This document shows, in pieces, positions 27,219 to 36,131 of a stretch of 50,153 nucleotides of DNA. The first letter of the stretch is position 1, and each line of letters opens with the position of its first letter. Made by a program: the position numbers and the translations under genes. Source of the stretch: an uncultured Steroidobacteraceae bacterium (lineage in GTDB: Bacteria; Pseudomonadota; Gammaproteobacteria; Steroidobacterales; Steroidobacteraceae); contig CAZWDR010000003.1 of assembly GCA_964632365.1 (NCBI GenBank), forward strand, positions 1-50,153, written 5' to 3'. The notes beneath the pieces were generated by a model. The model was not told the DNA's origin. It made no database searches and was given only the letters and a program-made list of their open reading frames with translations.

Positions 27219-29780
27219 TCACAGAGTCTTCATCAGGCCCATCTCCAGCGGATGGGTCAGCAGGGGGTGCCAGGGATAGACCCGCACCTGCAACTGGTAC
27301 TGACCCATGCCGGGCGGCATGGCCGACACCGTGAATTCAGCGGTGCCATCCTCCGCGATGGGGCCTGCGACACCGAAGCGTTCCAGCCATTGACCCGGCG
27401 GCGTGCCGTGACCGAATGAACACAGCGGCGCCAGCTCGAATCCGTCATCCGGCAGCAGCCGCCGTGCCTTGAACTCGACATAGAGGTCGGCCGGATCGAG
27501 CCCGGCGAGCTGCACCTTCGCGCGCATCTGCAATGGCGCCGCGGTGCCGATGGCACGCGGCGTATGGTGCGCCTCGAGGATCTGCACCCCCTCCCAGCGC
27601 TCGCGCACGCGCCGCTTCCAGGCTGCAAGCTCGATGGCCGGACGACCGTCGTCGGCGAGCAGGCGCTGGCCCATCGCGGCCGCCGGACGATAGAGCTTCG
27701 AGGCATAGTCGCTGACGACGCGGCGCATGTTGAAGCGCGGGATGACCGAGGACATCGCGCGACGGCAGCGGCGCACCCAGCCCGGTGACAGGCCGTCGTG
27801 ATTGCGCGCGTAGTAGAGGGGGACCACTTCTTCCTCGAGCGCATCGAGCACGGCGGCCGCGTCCAGGTCGTCGCGGCGCGCTTCGTCCATCGCATCGGCG
27901 CCCGGCAGGCCCCAGCCATTCACGCCGTCCCAGGCCTCGGCCCACCAGCCATCGAGGATCGACAGGTTGAGCCTTCCATTGACCGCGGCCTTGATGCCCG
28001 ACGTGCCCGACGCCTCGAGCGGCGCGATCGGATTGTTGAGCCACACGTCGACGCCCGTCACCAGCCAGCGCGCAAGCTGGATGTCGTAGTCCTCGAGGAA
28101 CACCACATGACCGGCCAGGTCCGGTGAGAGCATCGCGCGTTTGATCTCGCGCAGCACCTGCTGTCCCGGATGGTCGGCCGGATGGGCCTTGCCGGCAAAC
28201 AGGAACAGCACCGGGCGGTCGGCATTGTTCACCAGGCGCCGCAGCCGCTCGCGGTCGCGCAGCAGCAGCGCCGCGCGCTTGTAGGTGGCGAAACGTCGCG
28301 CGAAGCCGATGGTCAGCACGTCCGGGTTCGCCGGATCGAGGAACCGGGTGATCTGCTTCAGCTGCACCGGACCCATGCCCTTGCGCCGGTACTCGCGCTC
28401 CAGGCGCGCGCGCACGCCGGCCAGCATGCGCGACTTGATGTCCTGCGCGGCGCGCCAGAAGGGCTCATCCGCCCAGTGCTCCAGCGCGCGCCAGTAGTCG
28501 CGGTCGCTGAGGTGTTCGCGCCACTCGGGCAGGCGTTCGTCGAACATGCGCGCCCACACCGAGGACAGGAAGGTCGGCACGTGCACGCCATTGGTCACAT
28601 AGCCCACCGGGTTCTCCTGGGCGGGGATGTCGGGCCAGTGGTCAGCGCACAGCATCGAGGAGACGCCGCCGTGGATGCGGCTGACCCCGTTGACGCGGCG
28701 CGCGCCGTGCAGCGCGAGGCGCGTCATGTTGAAACGGCCATGCACGCCTGGCGCACGGCCCAGCTCGAGCAGCCGCTGCACATCGACGTCCATCTGGACG
28801 GCGAGGCCAGCGAAGTGCTCGGTGAACAGATGATCGGGGAATGCGTCGTGCCCGGCAGCCACTGGCGTGTGCGTGGTGAACACGCACTGGGCGGCGACCG
28901 CCTCGAGCCCGGCGTCGAAATCGAGCCCGGCCTCGAGTCGTTCACGCAGCAGCTCGAGCGCCAGGAACGCGGCATGACCCTCGTTCATGTGCCACACCGC
29001 CGGCGCGAGCCCGATCCGGCGCAGCGCGCGCACGCCGCCGATGCCGAGCACCATTTCCTGCCGGATGCGATGGGCCTCGTCGCCGCCGTAGAGGCGGAAG
29101 GTGATGTCGCGGTCGGCGGCATCGTTCGGCGCGACATTGGTATCGAGCAGATAGACCGACACGTGCCCGACCTCGACGCGCCACAGTCGCGCGGCCACCT
29201 GCCGCTCTGCGATGGGGATCTGCACGATCAGCTGGCTGCCGTCGGCCTCGCGCACCGGCTCCATCGGCAGGTCGCGCGGATCCACGTCGTGGAAGCCCGC
29301 ATGCTGCGTGCCATCGCTGTCGACGCCCTGCCTGAAATAGCCCTGGCGATAGGCCAGCCCCACCGCGACGAAACCCAGCTGCTCGTCGCTGGCGGCCTTG
29401 CAGTGGTCACCGGCGAGCACGCCGAGGCCGCCGGAATAGATCGGAAAGCTCTCATGGAAGCCATATTCGGCGCAGAAATAGGCCACCAGCGGATCGGCGC
29501 CAACGGTGCTGGCCTGTGCCTGGTAGCGGTCGTAACCGGCCAGCGCGGCCCGGTAGCGCTCCATATAAGAAGGGTCAGCGGCGGCCGCGTCGAGCGCCTG
29601 CTGGCTGACGCAGCGAAGCATCAGGCGCGGATTGGCGTGCGTCTGGCGCCACAGGGTCTGGTCGAGATCCTCGAACAGTGCGCGGGTGGGGCGGTCCCAG
29701 CTGTAGGAAAGATTGCCGGCCAGCTCCGCGAGGCGAGCGAGGGCGGGAGGAATGATCGGGGAGATTTCGATGAGGCGCAT
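27219..29780 (-). CDS. glgP: alpha-glucan phosphorylase (GT35, maltodextrin/glycogen phosphorylase family)
   Basis: 853 aa. N-terminal LSYSWDRPTRALFEDLD (DUF3417-type), YFCAEYGFHE, SGGLGVLAGDH, FTTHTPVAAGHD, FARRFATYKR, EASGTSGIKAA (PLP-Lys region). Confidence 0.85.
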   Translation of the reverse strand: MRLIEISPIIPPALARLAELAGNLSYSWDRPTRALFEDLDQTLWRQTHANPRLMLRCVSQQALDAAAADPSYMERYRAALAGYDRYQAQASTVGADPLVAYFCAEYGFHESFPIYSGGLGVLAGDHCKAASDEQLGFVAVGLAYRQGYFRQGVDSDGTQHAGFHDVDPRDLPMEPVREADGSQLIVQIPIAERQVAARLWRVEVGHVSVYLLDTNVAPNDAADRDITFRLYGGDEAHRIRQEMVLGIGGVRALRRIGLAPAVWHMNEGHAAFLALELLRERLEAGLDFDAGLEAVAAQCVFTTHTPVAAGHDAFPDHLFTEHFAGLAVQMDVDVQRLLELGRAPGVHGRFNMTRLALHGARRVNGVSRIHGGVSSMLCADHWPDIPAQENPVGYVTNGVHVPTFLSSVWARMFDERLPEWREHLSDRDYWRALEHWADEPFWRAAQDIKSRMLAGVRARLEREYRRKGMGPVQLKQITRFLDPANPDVLTIGFARRFATYKRAALLLRDRERLRRLVNNADRPVLFLFAGKAHPADHPGQQVLREIKRAMLSPDLAGHVVFLEDYDIQLARWLVTGVDVWLNNPIAPLEASGTSGIKAAVNGRLNLSILDGWWAEAWDGVNGWGLPGADAMDEARRDDLDAAAVLDALEEEVVPLYYARNHDGLSPGWVRRCRRAMSSVIPRFNMRRVVSDYASKLYRPAAAMGQRLLADDGRPAIELAAWKRRVRERWEGVQILEAHHTPRAIGTAAPLQMRAKVQLAGLDPADLYVEFKARRLLPDDGFELAPLCSFGHGTPPGQWLERFGVAGPIAEDGTAEFTVSAMPPGMGQYQLQVRVYPWHPLLTHPLEMGLMKTL

Positions 29781-29810
29781 GGGGCTAGTTTAGTCATAGA
29801 CTGTTGCATC

Positions 29811-30293
29811 ATGCGCACCCTGCCCGTGCTGTTTTGGTTGGTCCTCCTGACATTGCCGGCGGCTGCGGCACAGCCCGCGGCCGGGTTCAATCCGCAGCAG
29901 CTGCGCAGTTTCGAGCAGCGCGACATCAGCATCGAGCGGCGCGACGGGCGCGATTCATTCAAGGTCTGGCTGGCGCTCACGCCGGCCCAGCAGCAGCAGG
30001 GTCTGATGTGGATCCGCGAACTGCCGCGTGATCGCGGCATGCTCTTCCTGCACAGGTCGCCGCGCGTGATGGACATGTGGATGAAGAACACCTATGTGCC
30101 GCTCGACATGCTGTTCTTCGACGCAGAGGGGCGCATCACGCACATCCATGCCGATGCGGTGCCGCTGTCCGAGACGCTGATTCCATCTGGCGGCCCGATC
30201 ACCGGCGTGCTTGAGCTGCTCGCCGGTGAGGCCAACCGCCGCGGCATCCGCGTCGGCGATCGCATCTCGCTGCCACGCTTGCCCGGATATTGA
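29811..30293 (+). CDS. DUF192 domain protein (secreted)
   Basis: ATG at 29811 (MRTLPVLFWLVLLTLPAAAAQP signal peptide). GLMWIRELPRDRGMLFL...MWMKNTYVPLDMLFFD is the DUF192 signature. Confidence 0.75.
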   Translation: MRTLPVLFWLVLLTLPAAAAQPAAGFNPQQLRSFEQRDISIERRDGRDSFKVWLALTPAQQQQGLMWIRELPRDRGMLFLHRSPRVMDMWMKNTYVPLDMLFFDAEGRITHIHADAVPLSETLIPSGGPITGVLELLAGEANRRGIRVGDRISLPRLPGY

Positions 30294-30439
30294 AAGCGGC
30301 AATTCCGCCGTCTTTCCGTACGGAATTTCCCGCACGTCCGGATGACCGTGCAACTTCATTCCATGGTGTGAAGTTGCCTTCCATGGCGTTAGCATTCGCG
30401 CAACGCTCCCTCCCCCCGGGAGTTGCACGAGGAACGACC

Positions 30440-31525
30440 ATGAATAGATCACTGGTGAGACTGGCCGTCTCGGCCGCTCTGCTCGGCGGCGCCGCGCAGG
30501 CCTTCGCAGGTTCGGAGGTGGGCCAGATGACCATCGGCGTGTCCGGCATGTGGACCGAGACGGATTCCGACCGCGTACTCGACGACGGCTTCGGACTGAG
30601 CTATTCGCTCGGCTATGCCATGAACGAGCGCTGGGATTTCTCGCTCAACGGCTTCTCCGGCAATCACGATGACCTTGCACCCGGGGCCACCTGGGATCGC
30701 GAGATCAAAGGGCTGACCTTCGACTTCGCGCGCGTGTTCGACCGCGATGCGCGCGTGAGTCCCTTCATCGTCATGGGTGCCGGCATCGTCGACCAGCGCC
30801 GCATCGATGGTCCGGACAAGGAAGTGGTGGGCAAGCTCGGCGTAGGCTTGACGGCCGACTTGATGGAATTCACCAGCAGCAAGCTGCAGCTGAAGGGCGA
30901 TGTCGCCGCGCGCGGCTCGGTAGGCCGCGGCATCATCGATACAGTTGCGACGCTCGGCCTGCAGATGGCCTTCGGCAGGGGACGCGAGGAGCCCGTGGCC
31001 GCGCCGCCCCCGCCGCCCCCGCCCCCACCGCCGCCGCCACCTGTGCAGACCGCGCCGGTTGCGCCCCCGCCGCCACCACCGCCGCCGCCCCCGCCGCCGG
31101 CTGATGCCGATCGCGATGGCGTCATCGATGCGAATGACCGCTGCCCGAACACACCGGCCGGCGATCAGGTCGACAGCTCCGGCTGCAGCCTGACCGTGCG
31201 CCTCGAGGTGCTGTTCGACAACGATTCCGCCACGGTGAAGGCCGAATCGCGTGCCGAGCTGGATCGCACCATCGCGTTCCTGCGCGAGAACACGTCGATC
31301 AACGGCGTCATCGAGGGGCACACCGACAGCGTCGGTGCCGAGGCCTACAACCAGCAGCTCTCGCAGCGCCGCGCCGATGCGGTGCTGAAGTATCTGGTGG
31401 ACGGCGGCATTCCCTCGAACCGCCTGCGTGCCGAGGGCTTCGGCGAGACGCAGCCGGTGGCCGACAACGCGACGGCCGAGGGTCGCGCGCTGAACCGCCG
31501 TGTGGTGCTGCGTCGGGCGAACTGA
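30440..31525 (+). CDS. OmpA-family outer-membrane protein (OprF/MopB-like)
   Basis: ATG at 30440 (MNRSLVRLAVSAALLGGAAQAFA signal peptide). N-terminal beta-barrel, Pro-rich linker, thrombospondin type-3 Ca-binding repeat DADRDGVIDANDRCPNTP, and C-terminal OmpA domain (GHTDSVGAEAYNQQLSQRRADAV...NRRVVL). Confidence 0.85.
   Translation: MNRSLVRLAVSAALLGGAAQAFAGSEVGQMTIGVSGMWTETDSDRVLDDGFGLSYSLGYAMNERWDFSLNGFSGNHDDLAPGATWDREIKGLTFDFARVFDRDARVSPFIVMGAGIVDQRRIDGPDKEVVGKLGVGLTADLMEFTSSKLQLKGDVAARGSVGRGIIDTVATLGLQMAFGRGREEPVAAPPPPPPPPPPPPPVQTAPVAPPPPPPPPPPPPADADRDGVIDANDRCPNTPAGDQVDSSGCSLTVRLEVLFDNDSATVKAESRAELDRTIAFLRENTSINGVIEGHTDSVGAEAYNQQLSQRRADAVLKYLVDGGIPSNRLRAEGFGETQPVADNATAEGRALNRRVVLRRAN
31004..31099 (+). 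repeat. two homopolymeric proline tracts (P13 and P12) in the OmpA linker, encoded by degenerate CCN repeats
   Basis: Direct translation gives AAPPPPPPPPPPPPPVQTAPVAPPPPPPPPPPPPAD. The P13 tract is 31004-31042 and the P12 tract is 31064-31099. Confidence 0.95.
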
Positions 31526-31560
31526 CGCGGAAGCACACGACTGACAGGCGTGTGAAAGGA

Positions 31561-31590
31561 AGGCCCGGGCGGAAGCTCCCGGGCCTTTTT
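31561..31590 (+). terminator. Rho-independent terminator downstream of the OmpA-family gene
   Basis: AGGCCCGGG-cggaagct-CCCGGGCCT followed by TTTTT, 35 nt after the TGA at 31523-31525. Confidence 0.75.
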
Positions 31591-31688
31591 CATTCCGACC
31601 CCTGCGGGGTCACCCTGATCTGGTCTGCGGCCCGTGCAAATCCGGGAGCACCGTTCCCGACCCAGACCAGGCCGCTGCGCGATCAGCG

Positions 31689-34142
31689 TCAGCGGAAGTT
31701 GTAGTCCATCCGCACGGTGATCGCACGTTCCGCGCCCCAGGCCTCATACAGCTGCTGGGTCATGTCCGTGCGCGAGCGCGCTGAACGGTAGGTGTAGTAC
31801 TGCTTGTTCAACAGGTTTTCCAGGTGCAGGCTCAGCACCGCGTTGTCGCTGACATTGACCCGGCCGGAGAGGTTCACTGTCTCGTAGCCGGCGGACACGT
31901 CCTCGTCGAGCGTGTTGAAGTGCGACTTGTAGCTGCCATATGACGACAGGTCCGCGCGCACGAAGACGCTGCGCCCGAACAGGTCGAATTGCTGGTCCAC
32001 TGCGACATAGGCATTGTATTTCGGCACCTGCGGCATACGGTCGCCTGCGGTGGCCTGCAGTGCATCCACGTCATCGCGGATCGTGGCATCGGTATATGAC
32101 CCATTGAGAGTCAGCGTGGTGCTCGGCGTCAGGCGATAGGTGCTCTCGAACTCCACGCCTCGCGAACGCGCCCTGGCGGCGTTGGCCGTGAACTCGAAAC
32201 CACAGCTGGGCATGTAGATGTCGGCTCGCACCCCGGTCCACTCGATGTTGTAGACGGCCGACGCCACGCGCAGGCGCCGATCGAGCAGGTTCAACTTCAG
32301 GCCGAGCTCATAGTTGTCGATCGAGTCACTGGTGAAGCGCGGGTCATAGGCCCCCGCGAATTCGTCGTTGGCGCAGGCATTGGCCAGCGGTGGGTTGTTG
32401 CCACCGGGCCGATATCCTTCCGAATACAGCGCGTACACGTTGGTGTCTGCATTGGGCAGCCAGGCCACGCTGAACTTGCGGCGGTTGCCGTCCTCCTTGC
32501 CACCGTCGGAGAGTCCGCCACCTTCCGGGCCATACCAGATGCCGGAGTACGCGAAGCTGGCGTAGTCCTTGAGTTCGAAGTGGCGAAGGCCGCCGGTGAA
32601 TTCGAAGTCCCCGACGGCGGTGGGCAGCCGGTAGCTGACCTCACCGAAAAACGCCAGTTCCTTTTCCCAGACGTTGTTGTAGGTAAGGTTGTAGTTTCGC
32701 GACGGGTCGCCCCAGAGGTACTGGCCCATCTCGCCGATGTTGTTCACGCCCAGCGGTGCCCAGTCTTCCCAGGCCCAGCTGTTCCAGTCGGAGAAGATGG
32801 CGATGCCGGCCGGGCTGGCGTCGTGGTACTGCCACTGCGCGTCGGGTTGATACCCGGTCCACGTCTTGTCGAAGAAGGCGCCGAGCGTCCAGTCGAGGTT
32901 GGATCCGCCGAGTCCCTGGAAACGCAGCTCATGCGTCAGGCGCTTCTCGCCCAGGTCATTCACGATCCAGGTCCGCGACAGGTCGGCCATGTCGAGGCGC
33001 GACCAGTCTTCCAGCGCGGCTTCGTTGTAGATCTGGTACGAACCCACATAGGTTGCAGAGGCGACGCCCAGCAGGTCCTCGTAGCGCGCGGTCAGCGCGT
33101 ACACGTCATTGGTGCTCTTCGTCCAGCCATCGAGCAGGTCATAGACCTGGAAACGTGCCGGGGTGTCTTGTGCCCGCGATGGAACGGCCATGCAGGTGGC
33201 CCGCGTCGCGCCCTCGGCGCACTCTGTCTCGAGGTAATCGACGTCGAAGCCCCACGGCGAGGCGGCACTTTCGGTGACGGTCGCGGTGAGATAGCTGCCC
33301 GGAACCGAGGCATCCGCGTAGGTGGTTCCGGTGGAGTCGGACTCGTCGTACAGATACTGGAAATTCAGGGTAGCCAGGGGCAGCGGCTTCCATAGCAGCT
33401 GCGTGCGCAGGAACTTGTATTCCGACTTGCGTGCGTTGCCCGTGTAGGCATTGACGATCTTGCCCGGGTCCTGGCGCAATTGCGTGGCCACGCGCAGCGC
33501 GAGGCGATCCTCGATCAGCGGCACATTCAGGCTCACGCCACCGCGCATCGCGGTGCCACTGCCGTTCTTCTCCTGCGTCCCACTCAACGTCGCACCGAGC
33601 TCCAGTGCGTCAAGCTGCGGCTTGCGGGTGATGATCTGGACGGTGCCGCCGATGCCGTTCGAACCCCACAAGGTTCCCTGTGGTCCGCGCAGCACCTCGA
33701 CCTGCTCCACATCGAAGACATTGCGGAAGTCGAGCGGGATGCCGTCCACATACTGGTTGGTGGTGCCCGGCGCGGTGGAGTTGCCGCCCGAAAGGCCGCG
33801 CAGGATCAGCTCGTTCACCGCGACGGCGCCGCCCGCCAGCGTGCGGTACAGCTCCGAGGCGCTGGCGATATTGCGTTCCTGCAGCTGTTCGGCGGCGATG
33901 GCCGAGATATTCATCGGCACTTCGGTCAAGGTCTCGCTGCGCTTGCGCGCCGTGACCACGATCTCTTCGAGGATCAGTTCGTCATCGGCATCGGCGGCCA
34001 TGGCCATCGCTGCGGGGAGTCCGGCTGCCAGCACCGCGCTCATGCCACAGATCGACGCCAGCCTGCAGCGCACGCCGCGGGACGCCACCGCACCCTGATG
34101 ACGGGCCTGTAATGCTGCCTGATGTTCGTCTGCTAGGGTCAT
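31689..34142 (-). CDS. TonB-dependent receptor
   Basis: 817 aa, ATG at 34142. TonB-box/plug region DELILEEIVVTARKRSE...VEVLRGPQGTLWGSNGIGG, a long beta-barrel, and an aromatic C-terminal motif (MDYNFR). The substrate is not inferable. Confidence 0.85.
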   Translation of the reverse strand: MTLADEHQAALQARHQGAVASRGVRCRLASICGMSAVLAAGLPAAMAMAADADDELILEEIVVTARKRSETLTEVPMNISAIAAEQLQERNIASASELYRTLAGGAVAVNELILRGLSGGNSTAPGTTNQYVDGIPLDFRNVFDVEQVEVLRGPQGTLWGSNGIGGTVQIITRKPQLDALELGATLSGTQEKNGSGTAMRGGVSLNVPLIEDRLALRVATQLRQDPGKIVNAYTGNARKSEYKFLRTQLLWKPLPLATLNFQYLYDESDSTGTTYADASVPGSYLTATVTESAASPWGFDVDYLETECAEGATRATCMAVPSRAQDTPARFQVYDLLDGWTKSTNDVYALTARYEDLLGVASATYVGSYQIYNEAALEDWSRLDMADLSRTWIVNDLGEKRLTHELRFQGLGGSNLDWTLGAFFDKTWTGYQPDAQWQYHDASPAGIAIFSDWNSWAWEDWAPLGVNNIGEMGQYLWGDPSRNYNLTYNNVWEKELAFFGEVSYRLPTAVGDFEFTGGLRHFELKDYASFAYSGIWYGPEGGGLSDGGKEDGNRRKFSVAWLPNADTNVYALYSEGYRPGGNNPPLANACANDEFAGAYDPRFTSDSIDNYELGLKLNLLDRRLRVASAVYNIEWTGVRADIYMPSCGFEFTANAARARSRGVEFESTYRLTPSTTLTLNGSYTDATIRDDVDALQATAGDRMPQVPKYNAYVAVDQQFDLFGRSVFVRADLSSYGSYKSHFNTLDEDVSAGYETVNLSGRVNVSDNAVLSLHLENLLNKQYYTYRSARSRTDMTQQLYEAWGAERAITVRMDYNFR

Positions 34143-34387
34143 GAAATCCTCGCGAAGAATGAAAGCGGCTGGAGCCGCGATGCAGGCGCGATGGAGACCA
34201 CGCCCACAGGTCTGGGGCGCGGCTGATGTTAGGTCAACGTGTCAGATCGGGGCAATCGGACTGGTTCACAATCGGGACGCCGCACGCAGCCGGACCACCA
34301 GAATCGCGGCATCTGTCGCAAAATGCCGTCACCCATCCAACGATCACGACAGGCACTGCCGCCTGCAGCAGATGCCGCAGGTCAAGA

Positions 34388-35398
34388 TCAGAGGTGGGAC
34401 ACCACTTGGTCCACCTCTTCGCTGCTGCCCAGCACCACGCAGGTGCGCTGGTGGATGTCCGTCGGCTGCAGCTCCATGATGCGCTGCCCGGGCGCGGCCA
34501 GCGCCTTGCCACCGGCCTGCTCCACGAGGAAAGCCATCGGGTTCGCCTCGTACATCAGGCGCAGCTTGCCCTTCGGGGCTTTCTTCGTCGGCGGGTACAT
34601 GAACACGCCGCCCTGGATCATGATCCGGTGCACGTCGGCCACCATCGCGCCGACGTAGCGGCTGGAGTAGCCGTTCTCCTGCGCCCAGTTCAGGTAGCGC
34701 TGGTAACCCTCCGGCAGCGACAGGCGATTGCCCTCGTTCAGTGAATAGCACTTCTGGCGCGGCGGGATCTTCAGCCCCTCGGCCACGCGCACGAAGGCGC
34801 CGATCGAAGGATCGAGCACGAACATGTCGACGCCGCTGCCGATGGTCAGCAGCATCACCGTGGATGAGCCATAGAGCACGTAACCCGCGGCCACCTGGCG
34901 CACGCCCGGTTGCAGCAGCGAATCCTCGATCTTCGGGGAACGGCGGTCCTTGCGCAGGATGCTGAAGATGGTGCCGACGCCACCGGCGATGTCGAGGTTG
35001 GACGAGCCATCGAGCGGGTCGAACATCACGCAGTAGCGCGTCTCGCCGTCATTGGTGTCGCGCAGGATCACCGCCTTCTCGTTCTCCTCGGAGGCGACGA
35101 TGGCCACGCCCTGGCGCCCCTGCAGGTTGCGCATCAGGATGTCGTTGGCGATGACATCGAGCTTCTGCTGCGTCTCGCCCTGCACGTTCTGCGCGCCGAC
35201 GCTGCCGAGCACATCTTCGAGCCGCGCGCGCCGCACCTGCGCGGCGATCATCTTCGCGGACACGGAGATGGCGGACAGCACCCAGGACAGCGCGCCGGAG
35301 GCCTCCGGAAAGCGCGCCTGCTGCTGCAGGATGTGCGACTGGATGGTGACGATCGGTCGTGAGCCGGACGGACCGGCCTGGTCTGGCATGGCGTTCAT
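34388..35398 (-). CDS. fbp: class 1 fructose-1,6-bisphosphatase
   Basis: The ORF-track start at 35419 is a TTG, so I use the ATG at 35398 (35389 is also possible). NVQGETQQKLDV, ASEENE, FDPLDGSSNLD, GYVLYGSST, GKLRLMYEANPMAFLVEQAGG. Confidence 0.9.
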   Translation of the reverse strand: MNAMPDQAGPSGSRPIVTIQSHILQQQARFPEASGALSWVLSAISVSAKMIAAQVRRARLEDVLGSVGAQNVQGETQQKLDVIANDILMRNLQGRQGVAIVASEENEKAVILRDTNDGETRYCVMFDPLDGSSNLDIAGGVGTIFSILRKDRRSPKIEDSLLQPGVRQVAAGYVLYGSSTVMLLTIGSGVDMFVLDPSIGAFVRVAEGLKIPPRQKCYSLNEGNRLSLPEGYQRYLNWAQENGYSSRYVGAMVADVHRIMIQGGVFMYPPTKKAPKGKLRLMYEANPMAFLVEQAGGKALAAPGQRIMELQPTDIHQRTCVVLGSSEEVDQVVSHL

Positions 35399-35437
35399 CC
35401 GACCGATTATGGCCCGCAACGATTATCCTTGCCCGCC

Positions 35438-36130
35438 ATGTGGCAGATCGGGGAAACGGAGCTGGCTGCGCTGCAGCTGAGCCTGGCCGTGGCGCTGCGG
35501 GCCGTGGCGATAAACCTGCTGCCGGCAGTGATCATGGCATGGCTGCTGACCCGCCGGCGTTTTGCCGGCCGCATGCTGCTGGATGCCTTCGTGCACCTGC
35601 CGCTGGTGCTGCCGCCGGTGGTGGTGGGCTACCTGCTGCTGGTGCTGATGGGCACGCGCGGCCCGGTTGGCGGCTGGCTCGATCGCACCTTCGACATCCA
35701 GCTCACCTTCTCCACCAACGGCGCGGCCCTGGCCACCGCGGTGATGTCGTTCCCGCTGATGGTGCGCGCGATGCGCATCTCGCTGGAGAACGTGGACACG
35801 GGTCTCGAGGAGGCGGCGCGCACGCTGGGCGCGTCCGCCTGGCGGCGCTTCGGCACGATCACGCTGCCGCTGATGCTTCCGGGGGTGCTGGCAGGCGCGG
35901 TGACGGCGTTCGCGGCAGGACTCGGCGAGTTCGGCGCGGTGATCACCTTCGTGTCCAACATCCCCGGCGAGACGCGCACGCTGCCGCTGGCGCTGTACAC
36001 CGCGCTGCAGTCCCCCGATGGCGATGCCACCGCGGCACGACTGGCGATGCTGTCGCTGTCGCTGGGCCTGGCCGGTCTGCTGGCCGCCGAGGCACTGGCG
36101 CGCGGACTGCGCCGCTGGCTGGGCAAGTGA
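35438..36130 (+). CDS. modB: molybdate ABC transporter permease
   Basis: ATG at 35438 (the ORF-track start at 35429 is a TTG). HLPLVLPPVVVGYLLL, MSFPLMVRA, EEAARTLGAS, GEFGAVITFVSNIPGETRTLPLALY. Near-collinear with E. coli ModB. Confidence 0.9.
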   Translation: MWQIGETELAALQLSLAVALRAVAINLLPAVIMAWLLTRRRFAGRMLLDAFVHLPLVLPPVVVGYLLLVLMGTRGPVGGWLDRTFDIQLTFSTNGAALATAVMSFPLMVRAMRISLENVDTGLEEAARTLGASAWRRFGTITLPLMLPGVLAGAVTAFAAGLGEFGAVITFVSNIPGETRTLPLALYTALQSPDGDATAARLAMLSLSLGLAGLLAAEALARGLRRWLGK

Positions 36131-36131
36131 C

